In this document: piece by piece, positions 25,725 through 37,520 of the stretch
Position numbering within the stretch: the stretch's first letter is position 1
Layout of the letters: each line of letters starts with the position of its first letter
Assembly: GCA_013265495.1 (NCBI GenBank)
Contig: MU058636.1
Span: 1,798,001-1,862,000 of the forward strand
Direction of reading: 5' to 3'
Origin: Vicugna vicugna
Taxonomy: Eukaryota
DNA: 64,000 nt
The notes under the pieces: model-generated
Seen by the model: the letters and a program-made list of their open reading frames with translations, nothing else
Database searches by the model: none
Told to the model about the DNA's origin: nothing
Translations under genes and position numbers: made by a program

Positions 25725-26853
25725 AGCCTTTGAATTTAACTGACGAAAGTCAGGTTAACAGGAGAAAAAGAACACACATTTTGTTAATATTTTACCTTCA
25801 TGGAGTTCACAGAAAAGAAGTGAAACTCAAAGGAGTGACTAGACTCAGGGCCTTATAAACCATTTTAACAGAGAAAAGGAGGTTTGGGCTTTGAGAAATG
25901 ATAAATGTGGAAAGTGACTAGGAAATAAATGAGGAAACAAATGGAAGATGCAGTTACTTTAGTAAAGTGTGTCTGTGCAGGCTCATCTTAGTGCTGGCTC
26001 TCCACCTCCAGTGATAAAAGTTGCTCTCCAGAAAACTCGAATTCAAAGAGACACATGCACCCCAATGTTCACAGCAGCACTGTTTACAACAGCCAAAACA
26101 TGGAAGCAACCTAAATGTCCATCAACAGATGACTGGATAAAGAAGTTGTGGTATATCTATACAATGGAATACTACTCAGCCATAAAAAGAAGGAAATAAT
26201 GCCATTTGCATTATTTGCAGCAACATGGATGGACCTACAGATGACCATACTAAGTCAAGTAGGTCATACAGAAAAAGACAAATACCATATGATATCATTT
26301 ATATGTGGAATCTTAAAAAATGATGCAAATGAACTTATATACAAAATAGAATCAGACTCACAGACATAGAAAACAAACTTATGGTTACCAAAGGGCAAAG
26401 GAGGGGAGAGCTAAATTAGGAGTTTGGGATTAGCAGATACAAACTACTATATACAAAATAGATAAACAACAAGGTCCTACTGTAGAGCACAGGGAAGTAC
26501 ATTCAATATCTTGTAACAACCTATAATGAAAAAGAATCTAAAAAAGAATGTGTATATATGTATATATACATACATAAAGAATATATATGTATATATAAAA
26601 AACTGAATCACCATGCTGTACACCAGAAAGTACCACAACATTGTAAATCAACTATACTTTAATAAAAGATAAAAAGTTCCTCTCCAGTTCCTGGTACAGG
26701 AGAGTGGTGATACCTTCACAAAGGGAAATGTATGCCCTACTTTAAGGCAGGAAAGGGAAAGACAGAGCACTCTCTCTGGATCTACTGACTCTCAGTTGCC
26801 TACAGCTCAAGCCAAAGTGGCACATTTTGAGACGGCACATTCTGGACCTCTTC
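25725..26853 (-). mobile_element. ERV-type solo LTR split by an L1 insertion
   Basis: Sequence is continuous across the L1 TSD and ends ...GGCACATTTTGAGACGGCACATTCTGGACCTCTTCA (reverse complement starts TGAAG). Resembles laurasiatherian ERV1 LTRs from recall. Confidence 0.5.
26032..26671 (+). mobile_element. 5'-truncated LINE-1 (ORF2 C-terminus + 3' UTR) with TSD
   Basis: ORF track shows the L1 ORF2 tail RDTCTPMFTAALFTTAKTWKQPKCPSTDDWIKKLWYIYTMEYYSAIK. TSD AAAAGTTGCTCTCCAG (26016-26031) / AAAAGTTCCTCTCCAG (26672-26687). Same family as 16927-17891. Confidence 0.93.
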
Positions 26854-28369
26854 AGCCTTCCAAGGATTTTAGGGCAGGCCTTACAAACAATCTCTGGCAA
26901 ACAATAGGGCTTCTAAAAATCTTCAGGGAATTGCTGCATAACAGCCTCATGGGGGCTGTTAAGGGAATTATATCAGCTTGAATTAGAGGAACTGAAGGTA
27001 CAAAATGAAATGAGGCCTTTGGCTCCCCAAACTTAGGCAGAAAGCAGGCTGAAAAAAATTATAGTCATTGACTACGTTTTATGGAAAAAGGAAGGAGGAT
27101 TCAGAGACTTGGGACAAAGGCCCAGAGGACAGAGGGAAAAGTCCCAGATAGTCACTCCCAGGGAGAAGGACAGAGTCCTAATCAATAAACAACATATGCT
27201 TGGGTGGAGTTCAAAATTAATATAAACCAGTGACTGCTCTGCATTTCTGTTTTCTCCACTTTAGAACAGGAATATCTACAGCGTGTATCCTGTACTTGTC
27301 CCGCTGTTGTATGCTGGGTTTACCTGAGGGAGGAGTGGCGGGAAGCTTGTCTCTTTCATTCAACAGCTTTCAGATCAAGTGGAACCAAACCCAAAGAGCT
27401 TAAGTCAAGGAGCCTAACATCTACCTGGACCTGATTTGTATTAGGAGACCCTGTAACCTGAGCCTAAGCCCAATGCCTTAGTAAGTAAGATAAACTTTTA
27501 GGAGGGGAGAACTTGGATAAGGAGAATGTGAATAATTTGTGGGCATGGAACTATGACAGTTTTAAAGCTTGGCAGTTTTAAAATATGGGCAAGTTTTTTG
27601 ACATCCTCCCACAGAGAGGTGGATTTCTTCCTTTCCTCTTGAATCTGAGAGGATTTGTCAATGCTTCGATCAATAAATTGAAAGTGAAAGTGGCACAATG
27701 TGACTTTGGAAGGTAGGCCACACAGCTTCCCTCTGGCTCACTCAGAACACAACCTTTCAGAGCTCTGAACGACAATATAAACAGCCCGACAGCCCTGAGG
27801 CGTCCATGCTGTGAAGAAGCCCAAGCCACACGAAGAGGAAGGAACTCCAGTTAACAATCTCAGACAATCCTAACTTTTGGCTCACTGCAGCCTAGACACC
27901 ACATACATGAGTAAAGAAACGTCCAGATGACTTCTGCCCCAGCAACTCAAGTCTTCCTGGGGGTGCAGACACTGTGGAGTGGGAACAAGTCATTCTTGCT
28001 GTACCTCGTCCAGATTCCTGACCCACAGACTCCGTGAACTTAAGGAGATACATGTTATGTGACACTGAGTTTGGACTTGTTTGTTATGCAATAAAAACAC
28101 CACTAGATCCATTTTCCTGTGGCTACTGGAACAAGTGATCACAAATCTGCTGGTTATAAAACAGCACATTTATTCTCTCACAGAGTGGTTAAAATGGCAC
28201 GGTATTTGATGTCAGAAAGGCCTGGATTATAATCTATCTCATAGAGATATATGTTGGTTTTTGCACAGATTAAATGAAATCATTTAAGCTAAAGAATCAA
28301 GCACAAGACCCAGGATGTGTAAACATTTCATTTCTTTTCCTTCTGTTTAATAGAAAATAATAGATTCAA

Positions 28370-29250
28370 GCAGATCACAAAAAATGCAAATGCCAAAAAA
28401 TATGAAAATATGCTCAACCTGCTTAGTAATTACAGAACATTAAATTAGTCACCATTCTCTAGTTAGTCCATCAGATTAACAAAAATGTAAGCAGTAACTT
28501 CTAGCGCAAAGAGGCCATGAAGAAAGGAGAACTCATAGGCACCTGTGCGGTAGTGTGAATTGCTAAACCTTTTTGGAAAACAATAACTGTATTTATTAAA
28601 GTTAAGAAATGAAAAAAAGTTTTAAAATGAGCATTTCCTTTGACCTAGGATTTCCAATTTGAGTGATCTATCCCTTAAAAATACAAACACACAAAAGGAT
28701 ACATGTAAAAAGATGTTTACCTTCATACCACTTATAGTAGCAACAACGTGAAAATCCATCAATAGGGAAGTGGTTGAATAAATGTTTATTTTCAGTCTCT
28801 ACACACTAGTATGTGACCTCCCCAAGAGCAAAGGTTTTTATCTGTGATCTTAATGCTGTTTTCCCAGCACCTAGAACATAAAAAACATTCAAAGAAATTG
28901 TTGAATAAATAAGTGAGTAAAATTCTGGTGTATCCAAATTTGTAAAACGCAGTGGCCTTCAAAGAGTCAGTTGGATTTATACATAAATGACCTGGAGAAA
29001 TGCCCATGATATATTAACTGATAAAAGCTTTTTTTTTTTTTAAGGAGAGAGACAAAGGAAGAGGAAGATAATATGTGATACAGGTTTGTATTAGCACAAA
29101 AAAATTCTTGGAATGATATGGACCAGGGTGTTACCATTGGTATCCCAGAGGTATGAGATTGAAAGAATGGGGAAATTTTCACTTTTTCCACACCTCTGCA
29201 TTGTTTAAATTTGTTGGAAGGAATTGTTCGTGGACGCCCTCCACTTGTGT
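28370..29250 (+). mobile_element. Ancient LINE-1 (L1ME-like) fragment with embedded L2 piece
   Basis: Degenerate L1 motifs ATGAAAATATGCTCAACC, GTGTGAATTGCTAAACCTTTTTGGAAAACAA, CCTTTGACCTAGGATTTCCA, AATCCATCAATAGGGAAGTGGTTGAATAAAT. Confidence 0.55.
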
Positions 29251-29439
29251 TCATACAAGCTTAAACCAAACCAGGCTTTGCTATGGGAAAGGAGCCTGTT
29301 GCAGTCTTCTGCTCCCGCGTTAGGAAAAAGCGTCCTTGCATTACTGGTTTGCTGCCTTTTAAATGTTTGTGTTTGTTGAACAGTTCACGGCGTTCCCAGT
29401 GAGTTTTGCTCCCTCCCCACCACACCGCCCCAACACACA

Positions 29440-31110
29440 CACCTCTCCAGAGGCTGCACGGCCGGTCCCCTTCCCGCGGGTCTCTCTCCCGTCCAACCTG
29501 CTGCGCGCTTATCTCCCCGGGGCTCTGCAGGCGGAGCCGCGGCGCGGGCGGGCGCCGCCGCCGCGGGGCAGCCACCGTGTGCACGTCCGACCTTTGCCAC
29601 TTGCCGCGCTCACGTGAACTGGAGGAGGATGTGGTTTACAAAGTCGTGGCCCAAGGCTTCTTACTCCAGCGTCCTTATTTCCCAAGGGGGCCCCAAAGCA
29701 CAAAGCTCATCTCCAGTTTTAGAAAGAATACCACAGGAGGGGGCTGGGCTTAGAGGAGGAGGGGGCAAGAGGGGAAGATGAGGTTTGAAGTACCTGCCTG
29801 GCGCCTCCACCACTATTAATATTAACTTTTATTAAGACTTGGCCCCTCTCTCCCCGGGGCTTCTCAGAGCCGGAAGTCCAGGGCAGTGGTGCAGGGAAGG
29901 GAATTGGCAGGAAGAGAAAACCCTGAGTAAATTATTTAGTCGCGCGACGAGATTAAGAGTGATTCCGCCCTCCACCCCTCCCCACATCCCCCGAAGTGGG
30001 GCCAGGTTGGGAATCAGCCCTCAAACCGCCACTCATCCTTTAAGCTGGACATATCTGGAGTCTGGTGAGGAGCAAACCAGGAAGACGTTTGTCTGCGAGA
30101 CGAGGCGCGAGGGCGGCGGGCACCCAGCGGGCGCCTCGGGCTCTGGGGGATGTGGCCTCTGCGCCGGCCTCGCCTTCTAGAGGCTGTGCAGGGAGGGGGC
30201 TGGGGGCGAAAGTGCCAGAGAGCGGCCGGGAGAGGCAGAAAGATGTGGGATCTTTTGCCCACAGTGCGAGGCGACACCCCCTGCCGTGGACTCCGGCTTC
30301 CTGCCCTCCGCGGGGAGGCGAGAGACGCAGACGAGGGGCGCGGGCTCTCCCTGGGGCCGCTCTTGCTGCCCCTGCCGTACCTCCCGCTTCACGCCCTGCT
30401 GGTCTCGGCTTTTGGGTCCGTGGACCGTCGGGGACCCGGCTGCTCCACCAGAGCAGCAGCGCCGCCTGCCGGGCACCTGGCGCTAGCGCGGCCGCGGGCG
30501 GAGCGGCGGGGAGTGGGGCCGAGCGCCGAAGCTCCCGCCTCCCCTTCAAAGTCAAGTCCCTCCCGCCCGGCTGCCGCCGCCGCCCGGGGCACTCAGGCCG
30601 GACGGCGGAAGCCGCTGCCCGCTCTCCTTGCCCGGGCCCGTCGGCGCCTGGGGACCGAGCTCCTGGCACCTACCTCCCCCGCCCATAGCGGGGCGCGCCG
30701 GTGAGAGTCAGAGTAGTTTAACTGTAATGACAAAAGCAACTGTGGCAACCAAGCTGCTCCGAGGAAGAAAAGGATCGTGCCTGGGATCTGGAGGCGCTAC
30801 TTCCGGGGCGCGGGTGGCGGCGGGCTTCCCGGGCTCCCCGCCGGGCTGGCGCGGCGGCCGCGGGGGCCGTGCTGCGCTCCCACCTCCGGAGGCGCCAGGC
30901 CGCCGCAGAGACGAGCGCGGCCTTCCGTCCGCCCGGCGCGGCGTCCGAGGGCGGGAGAGGGGCCACACCTGCGCCCAGACGCCGCCGTGCGCTCCTGCGG
31001 CTCGTGGCGCTGGCCTCTTCCCGGATGGCTGGTGCCGCATGCAGACGCCGCCGAGCTCAATGCCAGGCCGAATGCTTCCCCCAGGCCTGATGAGACAACT
31101 AGTCTATTTG
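29440..31110. other. Intergenic CpG island(s) between PDX1 and CDX2
   Basis: CpG-dense at 29440-29620 and 30090-31110. No credible coding frame. Confidence 0.75.
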
Positions 31111-34100
31111 GGCGCGAGCCAAATTTGCTTTCCTTTTTCTGTCTAAAAACATTCAAAGACTCAAATCCAGGCATTAGTTTCTCTGAGACAGAGGTATGAG
31201 GTGGGAATAAATTAAAAGTTCCCGCAAAGGGAGCACCTTGCTGCTTGTCTGTTTTGTCTGGTTTTACATTTGCAAAAGTAGCGCCCAGCTTTATTCAGTA
31301 ATTAATACCAAGTCCATCTAAAAATTTACTCCCTGAACAGCTTCAGATGGCACGATTACATGGTCCTTTGGCCTTTGGGTTCTCAGTTCTGGCCATGTGT
31401 CCACACAACAGCAGTCATCATTACACTGTAGTACATTTCAAGTCTAACTCGAGAAATGAATAAATGTTGGTTGTCGGTTTTCCGTGGGCTTAAGGTCATG
31501 ACCAAGCAATGTCACTCTGAGTCAATGTCTACTGTGTTTAACAATATATATCACTAACATATCTAAAAGCATAAAGACAGTTACATGAAATTCATAAATA
31601 TGATGAAAATTTAACAGGAACACATGAAACTGACTAGAGGAATATGGATTTCTGAAATGTGCATTATTTTCAATAAAGTGACTTGAGGGGAACAATTATG
31701 TTTTTATTTTTATATGTGTGGATTCCCGGACGAGCAGTCTTTCTTTTTGTGCTTCCTGCATCCTCCTATATTGCTGTTTATTGGATAATGCTCTCTGGTT
31801 CTCACTTATGTCTTTCTTCTGTTGGCTTCTGGCAATGCTCGTGCACACCCTATCATAATTCTGCCTAGTAAATGGGGGGGGGGAGCTGAACATATAATCT
31901 AGATCTATTGAGTTTTGTTGTGGTTATTGTTTTCAATACATTTGATACACAAAGTGAAAGAACATTCACTGCCTTTCATGAGTAAAGAAGCCTGCCCAGG
32001 GCATTTTTCGCAGCTCCTAATTTGTGGTTTAGGCACTTAATCTTTGTCCCTGATTCTACTAATTGTCAGTAAGTTAAAATTATTTAAATGCCACCCAACA
32101 AGCAATTGTCTTGAGCAATGACTTGAGCTTTTACATTGTTTTTCATTGTTTACTTTCCTGAGGTGGGAGAGGAATTTATCAACCACTGCTTATATAAAAC
32201 CTATTATTGTCATATACAAAGAGTTATGATTTACAGACTGTTGATCCTGAAAGTTCTGAGATAACACATGAACAATTAGAAAAGAATTCCTTTCCTAGAA
32301 ATTAAAATGCAAATATTAAAGGCATGCAATACCTAGGTCCCTACTTACCAATAACATTATTTGATGCCTAAACCCAATATATGACCTGAATATTATTTGT
32401 AAAGTAAATGTGTGTTTGTGTGTGAAGGGACAGTTTGGTTGTCATTGAATCCCAGGGCACTATTCTTTGTGGATCAAAACTGGTTTGTGTTCTGGTTTAT
32501 GGATTAGATCTCCAGCACAGAATTGCCAGGATTCTGCAGAAAGAAGAACAAACTGGTCACTTAACTTTGGGTCTCTAGCAACTTAATTGATAGTATCCAT
32601 ATCCACTGAGGTTAGTGACAAATTCCAATTTGAAAAAGTTGTTAAAGCAAATGTTTGGAGACTAGAGATACAGACCCAAAAGTTCACCTATGCACTTGCC
32701 CCCACGGTCCCTTAACTGATTCTTTCAAGAAGAATGTCAAGGTAAATGTATAATCTCTCAAATTGACAGATTCTACTTTCCTTATTTGGAATTTAAGGTT
32801 TTTTTTCCCCTAGATCTTATTTCATAATCTTCAAGAAACAGATGATGTAAGAAATATATATATGCCCTCTGGTTTGTAGCTAAGTAAAGAAAATATTTAC
32901 TAATTGTTTTGGTCCAGTATCAGTCATCTCGTCCCACAGTTGTCAATAAAACCTACTTGGTTTCCTAAAATCATAGTATCTCTTGAAGAGAAGGCAGCAA
33001 AAGGAGAAAGGCAAAAAAAAAAAAAAGGCTAAATGTAGGAATTATGGGAGTTGGAAGGTGGTATATTCTAAATGTGATTTAAGAAAAGTAAATTACATTA
33101 AAATTAGATTAACATTAAAATAAAAAATTAAAAGTAATAAATTTAAGACAATTTAAATATCAATTTTAAACATTTACAAGGCAATCTACATTATTTAGAT
33201 ATGAACGTTTTCCTTATTCTTTTTTAGTATCCAAAGCAAAACCAATTCAACACAAGACCTGCTGCTGTAGTTTTAATGTGGGGAGAAATTGTGGGGACTA
33301 GACTGAAATGCTTGCCTTAAAACGACTTCAAAGGAAGAGTCAGCCTTGAAAAATTAAATTCACAGTGGCTTTTTGGGGGTGGCTCCTGGAAGAGTACAGA
33401 ACTTATATGGAGGTGTCAAAATGGAAATTGTTTCAAAATAAAGAAACTTTAATACCATCTAGGTAGAGTATCTGTCTCTGCCCCTTTTGGGTTGAAGGAT
33501 CCTGATGAATTGTGAGGAGGCCCCCAATTGCATCTTCAACTGATCTGAGTCTCCTACACACAACTAGAGGTGTCTGAGGATGTCTTTCCTTTCCTAGATG
33601 AAAGGGCGAGTAAGCTATCCGGAGCAACCCATCTTCTCATCTGGAATGTTTGTGCTTTGCCACTTGAGATTTCGTGCAGTGGAGACCAAGAGACAACAGA
33701 CTTGAGGCTATTTTGACAAAGTAAGCAAAGCTGAATACATTAGAAAAACTTCAGAGAAGGGGTTATTCTATTGTGATTTGAGATATTATCCTTGCTCAAA
33801 AATACTTTACAAGGACCCTTGAGCACCTGGGAGAAGATGGTTCATGATTAAAAGGAGTTCATGTCATCACTGGGGTCTAATCATCAGGATACCCTGTAAC
33901 TTGCATTTGCTAAGAGGTTGTGATCTTCCCAAGGCTGTTAAACTGGCAAACAGCAAACTCAAAAACAAGGTGCAAATAGTGCCCCTAAAATGTACAATCA
34001 CTTAAGATTTGTAGCTGAGATGTCTTTATTTCTGTTTGTTTGCCTTCTCTTATTTTCCTGAGCGGTTGTGAATAACAGCGAGAATATTGCTATTTATATA

Positions 34101-34509
34101 TTTAGGTATCTATTTAGTTTTCTTGGCTAATGTAGGCATCCTACGAGATAGTATCAAAGAAATTAAACTCACGAAACTTTTCACTGCTTTCATTAGTAGT
34201 CCATCTTGTTAACTTCATTAAATGAATATGATCGAGTTAAAAAGACTCGGGCTGTTTTCTCCCCATATATACCTTTTTTGATATGAGTTCCACAATACTG
34301 GTACATCCTACCCCCACTCCCCATATTTATCCTGAGTTCTCACTCTTTCCGTATATCAATATCGTACCCAAATTTCTGTAATTTCTTAAAAAGAAACGTG
34401 CACGAAGAACCTTTCAGAATGGTAGATAGCTCCCTTGTCCCCCATTTTTTTTTCTTAAACATTCACCAGATCCAAGAATCTGCTGCGCCTGACTTACTCT
34501 GAACTTAGT

Positions 34510-35680
34510 TTTCAACAGCCCGGTGGCCATGGCGGGGAAGTCTCGCGGTGCCCCAGTCTGGGAGCAGCGGGGTGGGAGAGGCGGTGGACCTTGCACCTCT
34601 CAGCTGGGTCAGAACTGCGCCCCTTTTCCTCTAGGGGCGGCAAGGAGCGCGAGCGGGGTCCCCAATTCTTCCCAGAGCGCGCACGCCCCCTGGCGGCCCG
34701 AACAAGAGGCTGCGCGCCGGGAGGATGGAGGGATTAGGGTCCCGGCCCCGCCCCACCTCCCCGCCCGCCGCAACGCGCGGGAGGCGCTCGGAGCCTCAAA
34801 GTTGTGTTGTCAAAAATATGCGCGGGCGTCCGGGCGCCGCCCACTCGCGCCCTGTCCCCGTGTTCCCCTGGGCTTGCTCCAGGGGTAGTGCCTTGGCGTC
34901 GGAGGCGCGGACCCTCATTCCTGGCCTTTTCCGTGGCCAGAATGACCGATGGGCCGCTCGCCGCCCGGAGCAGGGTCCTGGCCTGTCCGAGACCAGCCGA
35001 GCGCCCCTCCGCGCCCGGATGCGCGCCGCGCGCGGGCGTTCGTGCGCGGGGGCCGAGCCACGGGAAGGGGAAGAACTTGTAATCGCTTGCAGCGGGACAA
35101 TGCCGACTTTTGAACCTGTAACCACTAAGCAAACAACCCTTGTGCTCTCGCTCCACTGTCCAAACAGGGTTTATTGACAGGCGTTTCACAGCAACGCATA
35201 GCAACCGCGGCGGCGGCCGGGGTTGGGGGGGGCGTGCGGGCGCGGGGTCCGCGGGGGCCCCTGGGGGTCACCTGCAGCTCAGCAGACCCTGGTGCGGCTT
35301 CCCCCTCGGTCGGGAAGCCTCTGCCCCGAGAGGCGGGCCAGGCACTCTCCCTCCAACTTCTAACTCCGGGCGCCGCGGGCCCAACCCCAGAGCCCTTTTC
35401 TCAATCCTGGAGCGGAATGCGCTACCCGGAAGGGCCGCGGAATTGGGGAGATGCTGCAGGGGGTATTTCTGTCTCGCAGCTCGGCTCGTCCTGCCCAGCC
35501 CTGGGGGCATCTCCTCCCTCGGTGGAGGCGCTGATTAGGGCTCGAAGGTGCTTGTGGCAAGACCGACAAGGAGGGCAAAGCCCTTCTCCCCAGGCCCCGC
35601 CGACAGCGCCCAGGTCGATGGCTTCCAGGACCAAAAACCTCAAGGGCAGTAGCCCGGTCCCCAGCGGCTCCGCCAGATAA
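34510..35680. other. CpG island at/after the CDX2 3' end, containing a CTCF core
   Basis: CpG-dense. CCGCCAGGGGGCGT on the minus strand at 34683-34696. Confidence 0.7.
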
Positions 35681-37280
35681 CAAGCAACCATCACTGAAAG
35701 AATCTTCTTTTGCTGGGTCTCAAATTCCTCTCTGTGGGAGTAGCTGGGAAGGAGGGGGTGGGGAAAGGAAACCGAGCGGGACAAGGAAAAGGATGGAGTC
35801 AGAGGGGCCTCTCGGAAAGTTATTTACAGGAGACTAAGTTCGTGGAAACGTTGCCTTAGGAGAATAGAAAATCGAATTTTTAACTCGATGCTTGTGTTTC
35901 GCTGGATTGTGGGGCGTCTTGGGGAAAAGTGACTCACTGATGAGGGGAATGCGCGCAGTCGCCGCAGTGGGGATTTGAGGAGACGCTACGAGCGGGCTGT
36001 CAGCGCCCTCCCGCTCCCCATCATTCCCCCAGCTGAGAAGCAGCTGTGCGCTCAGCTGTGCGTTTTGCCCACAGGCACCCCTACGAGAACCACACATTCC
36101 ACAATCCAAGGCTGGGCTCAGGCTCAGGGGCAGGGAAGGTCTCGGAACCTGCTCCCTCAGGCTTCTGACGCTCAGGGGTAAAATGAGGTTGTGCAGATAA
36201 CCTTCTCCACCCCACCTCCCTGCTCTTTCTAATTCTCACTTGTAAGTAGAGAAAATATTTCATTTCTTATAAGATAATAATTCCAGACAAAATCGGAAGA
36301 TGGTAAATACAAAATACGAAATCTGGAAAGCTCATTTATCTTTTTTTCTTTTTAAAAAAAAATCCATGTGTTCAAATTCCCCCCACCCCCACCACTGCCC
36401 TTCACCATATCACTTCTCTCCCCACGGATCCAGAAGGCTTTTTCAATGCTGGCTTGGATGTTACCCAGACCAACAACCCAAACAGCAGCAACAAAAACAA
36501 AAACTCCCCTTTTTCATCAGCCCCAAGATTGTGAAAATGACAGGAAGTCCAGGTTGGCTCTGGCATTTATAGCACTGACATACATTCAGCCCAGAGAAGC
36601 TCTGGTGACAGGCTTTCTAAACAAGGCCCTGTCCCGGGCCCCCTTGTCAGGCCTGGAGTCCAATAACCACCCCCTCACACCATACACCACACATACACCA
36701 GCCAAGCCTTGCCTGGTCTGGGAAGGGAAGAGAAAAAATACAAAGACCTGGGGGTTCTGTACGCTTTGGTAGGTCCAGGTTTCCATCTCAGCTGTCTCTG
36801 GCTCCTGCAGTTTAAATCGTGCCTGCCCTTGAGGCAAGAGGGGCCAGCTGGTCCTTGGAGGGCAGTGAGGAGACAGCAGCCACTTTGACTCCCAACCCTG
36901 CCAGTCCCCTGAGTCCCTCTCTCCCCATGGCTCCAATGAGAGTTGCAGCCTGCAGATTTTGGAGGCAAAGAGCCAGGGAGGAGGGAGCTGAAAGGCTGGT
37001 CTGTTTAGCCCGTCCAGGCAATGTTTCTGCCAGTACTAGAGGAAGCCCCAGTGGTCATTTCCCATCTCCTCCCTGGCAGAAAGAGTCAAAATCTGGGAGA
37101 ATGTCTTCCTTGAGGCCTCCAACCACACTTGTCTTTACCCCAGCTTTTCCCTCTGAGTGCTAGGGAAGTTGGCAAACATTTGTGGGTGGGAGGGGAGGGG
37201 CCTTTCCTGAGGATTCTAGCAGATTCCACGCTCCTCGTGGCTCAGCCTGGAATAGCTCTGCTGCTGCAGGCCGCTGCGGG

Positions 37281-37520
37281 TCACTGGGTGACAGTGGGGT
37301 TTAACACCGCCCCAGTTGGCCCCAGAACCCCAGCGACAGAGCCGGGCACCGAGCCTTGCAGGGAAGACACAGGACTCAGGGGCTCGGGGACGCTCCTCAG
37401 GGGGCCGGGCTGAGGCTGGGGGGGCTGCGGGGCAGGCGGGGGCTGCGGCTGCTGCTGCTGCAACTTCTTCTTGTTGATTTTCCTTTCCTTCGCTCTGCGG
37501 TTCTGAAACCAGATTTTAAC
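37281..37520 (-). CDS. CDX2: Caudal type homeobox 2, coding exon 3
   Basis: Acceptor TCCAG|GTT. Encodes [29 protein letters not shown]...LNPTVTQ-TGA. Confidence 0.98.
   Translation of the reverse strand, partial: VKIWFQNRRAKERKINKKKLQQQQPQPPPAPQPPQPQPGPLRSVPEPLSPVSSLQGSVPGSVAGVLGPTGAVLNPTVTQ

Larger units (their letters stand above)
25337..28100 (+). mobile_element. Degenerate MaLR element (LTR end, internal fragments, 3' MLT1F/G-like LTR at about 27570-28100), interrupted by younger insertions
   Basis: LTR start TGGCAGTTTTAAAATATGG...TTTGACATCCTCCCACAGAGAGGTGG and LTR end CAGATTCCTGACCCACAGA...TTTGTTATGCAATAA. A similar LTR end (CTGACCCACAGAACCCAT) lies near 25388. Confidence 0.6.

Noticed and set aside
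25969..26369. ORFs with real protein similarity
   Set aside because: Frameshifted C-terminal remnant of L1 ORF2 in a truncated copy, not a host gene.
12125..30678. Identical 14-mer GGCACCTACCTCCC in two CpG islands (12125-12138 and 30665-30678), donor-like on the minus strand
   Set aside because: Several 14-bp matches are expected by chance in a 64-kb window, more so in GC-rich DNA. No acceptor or ORF support.
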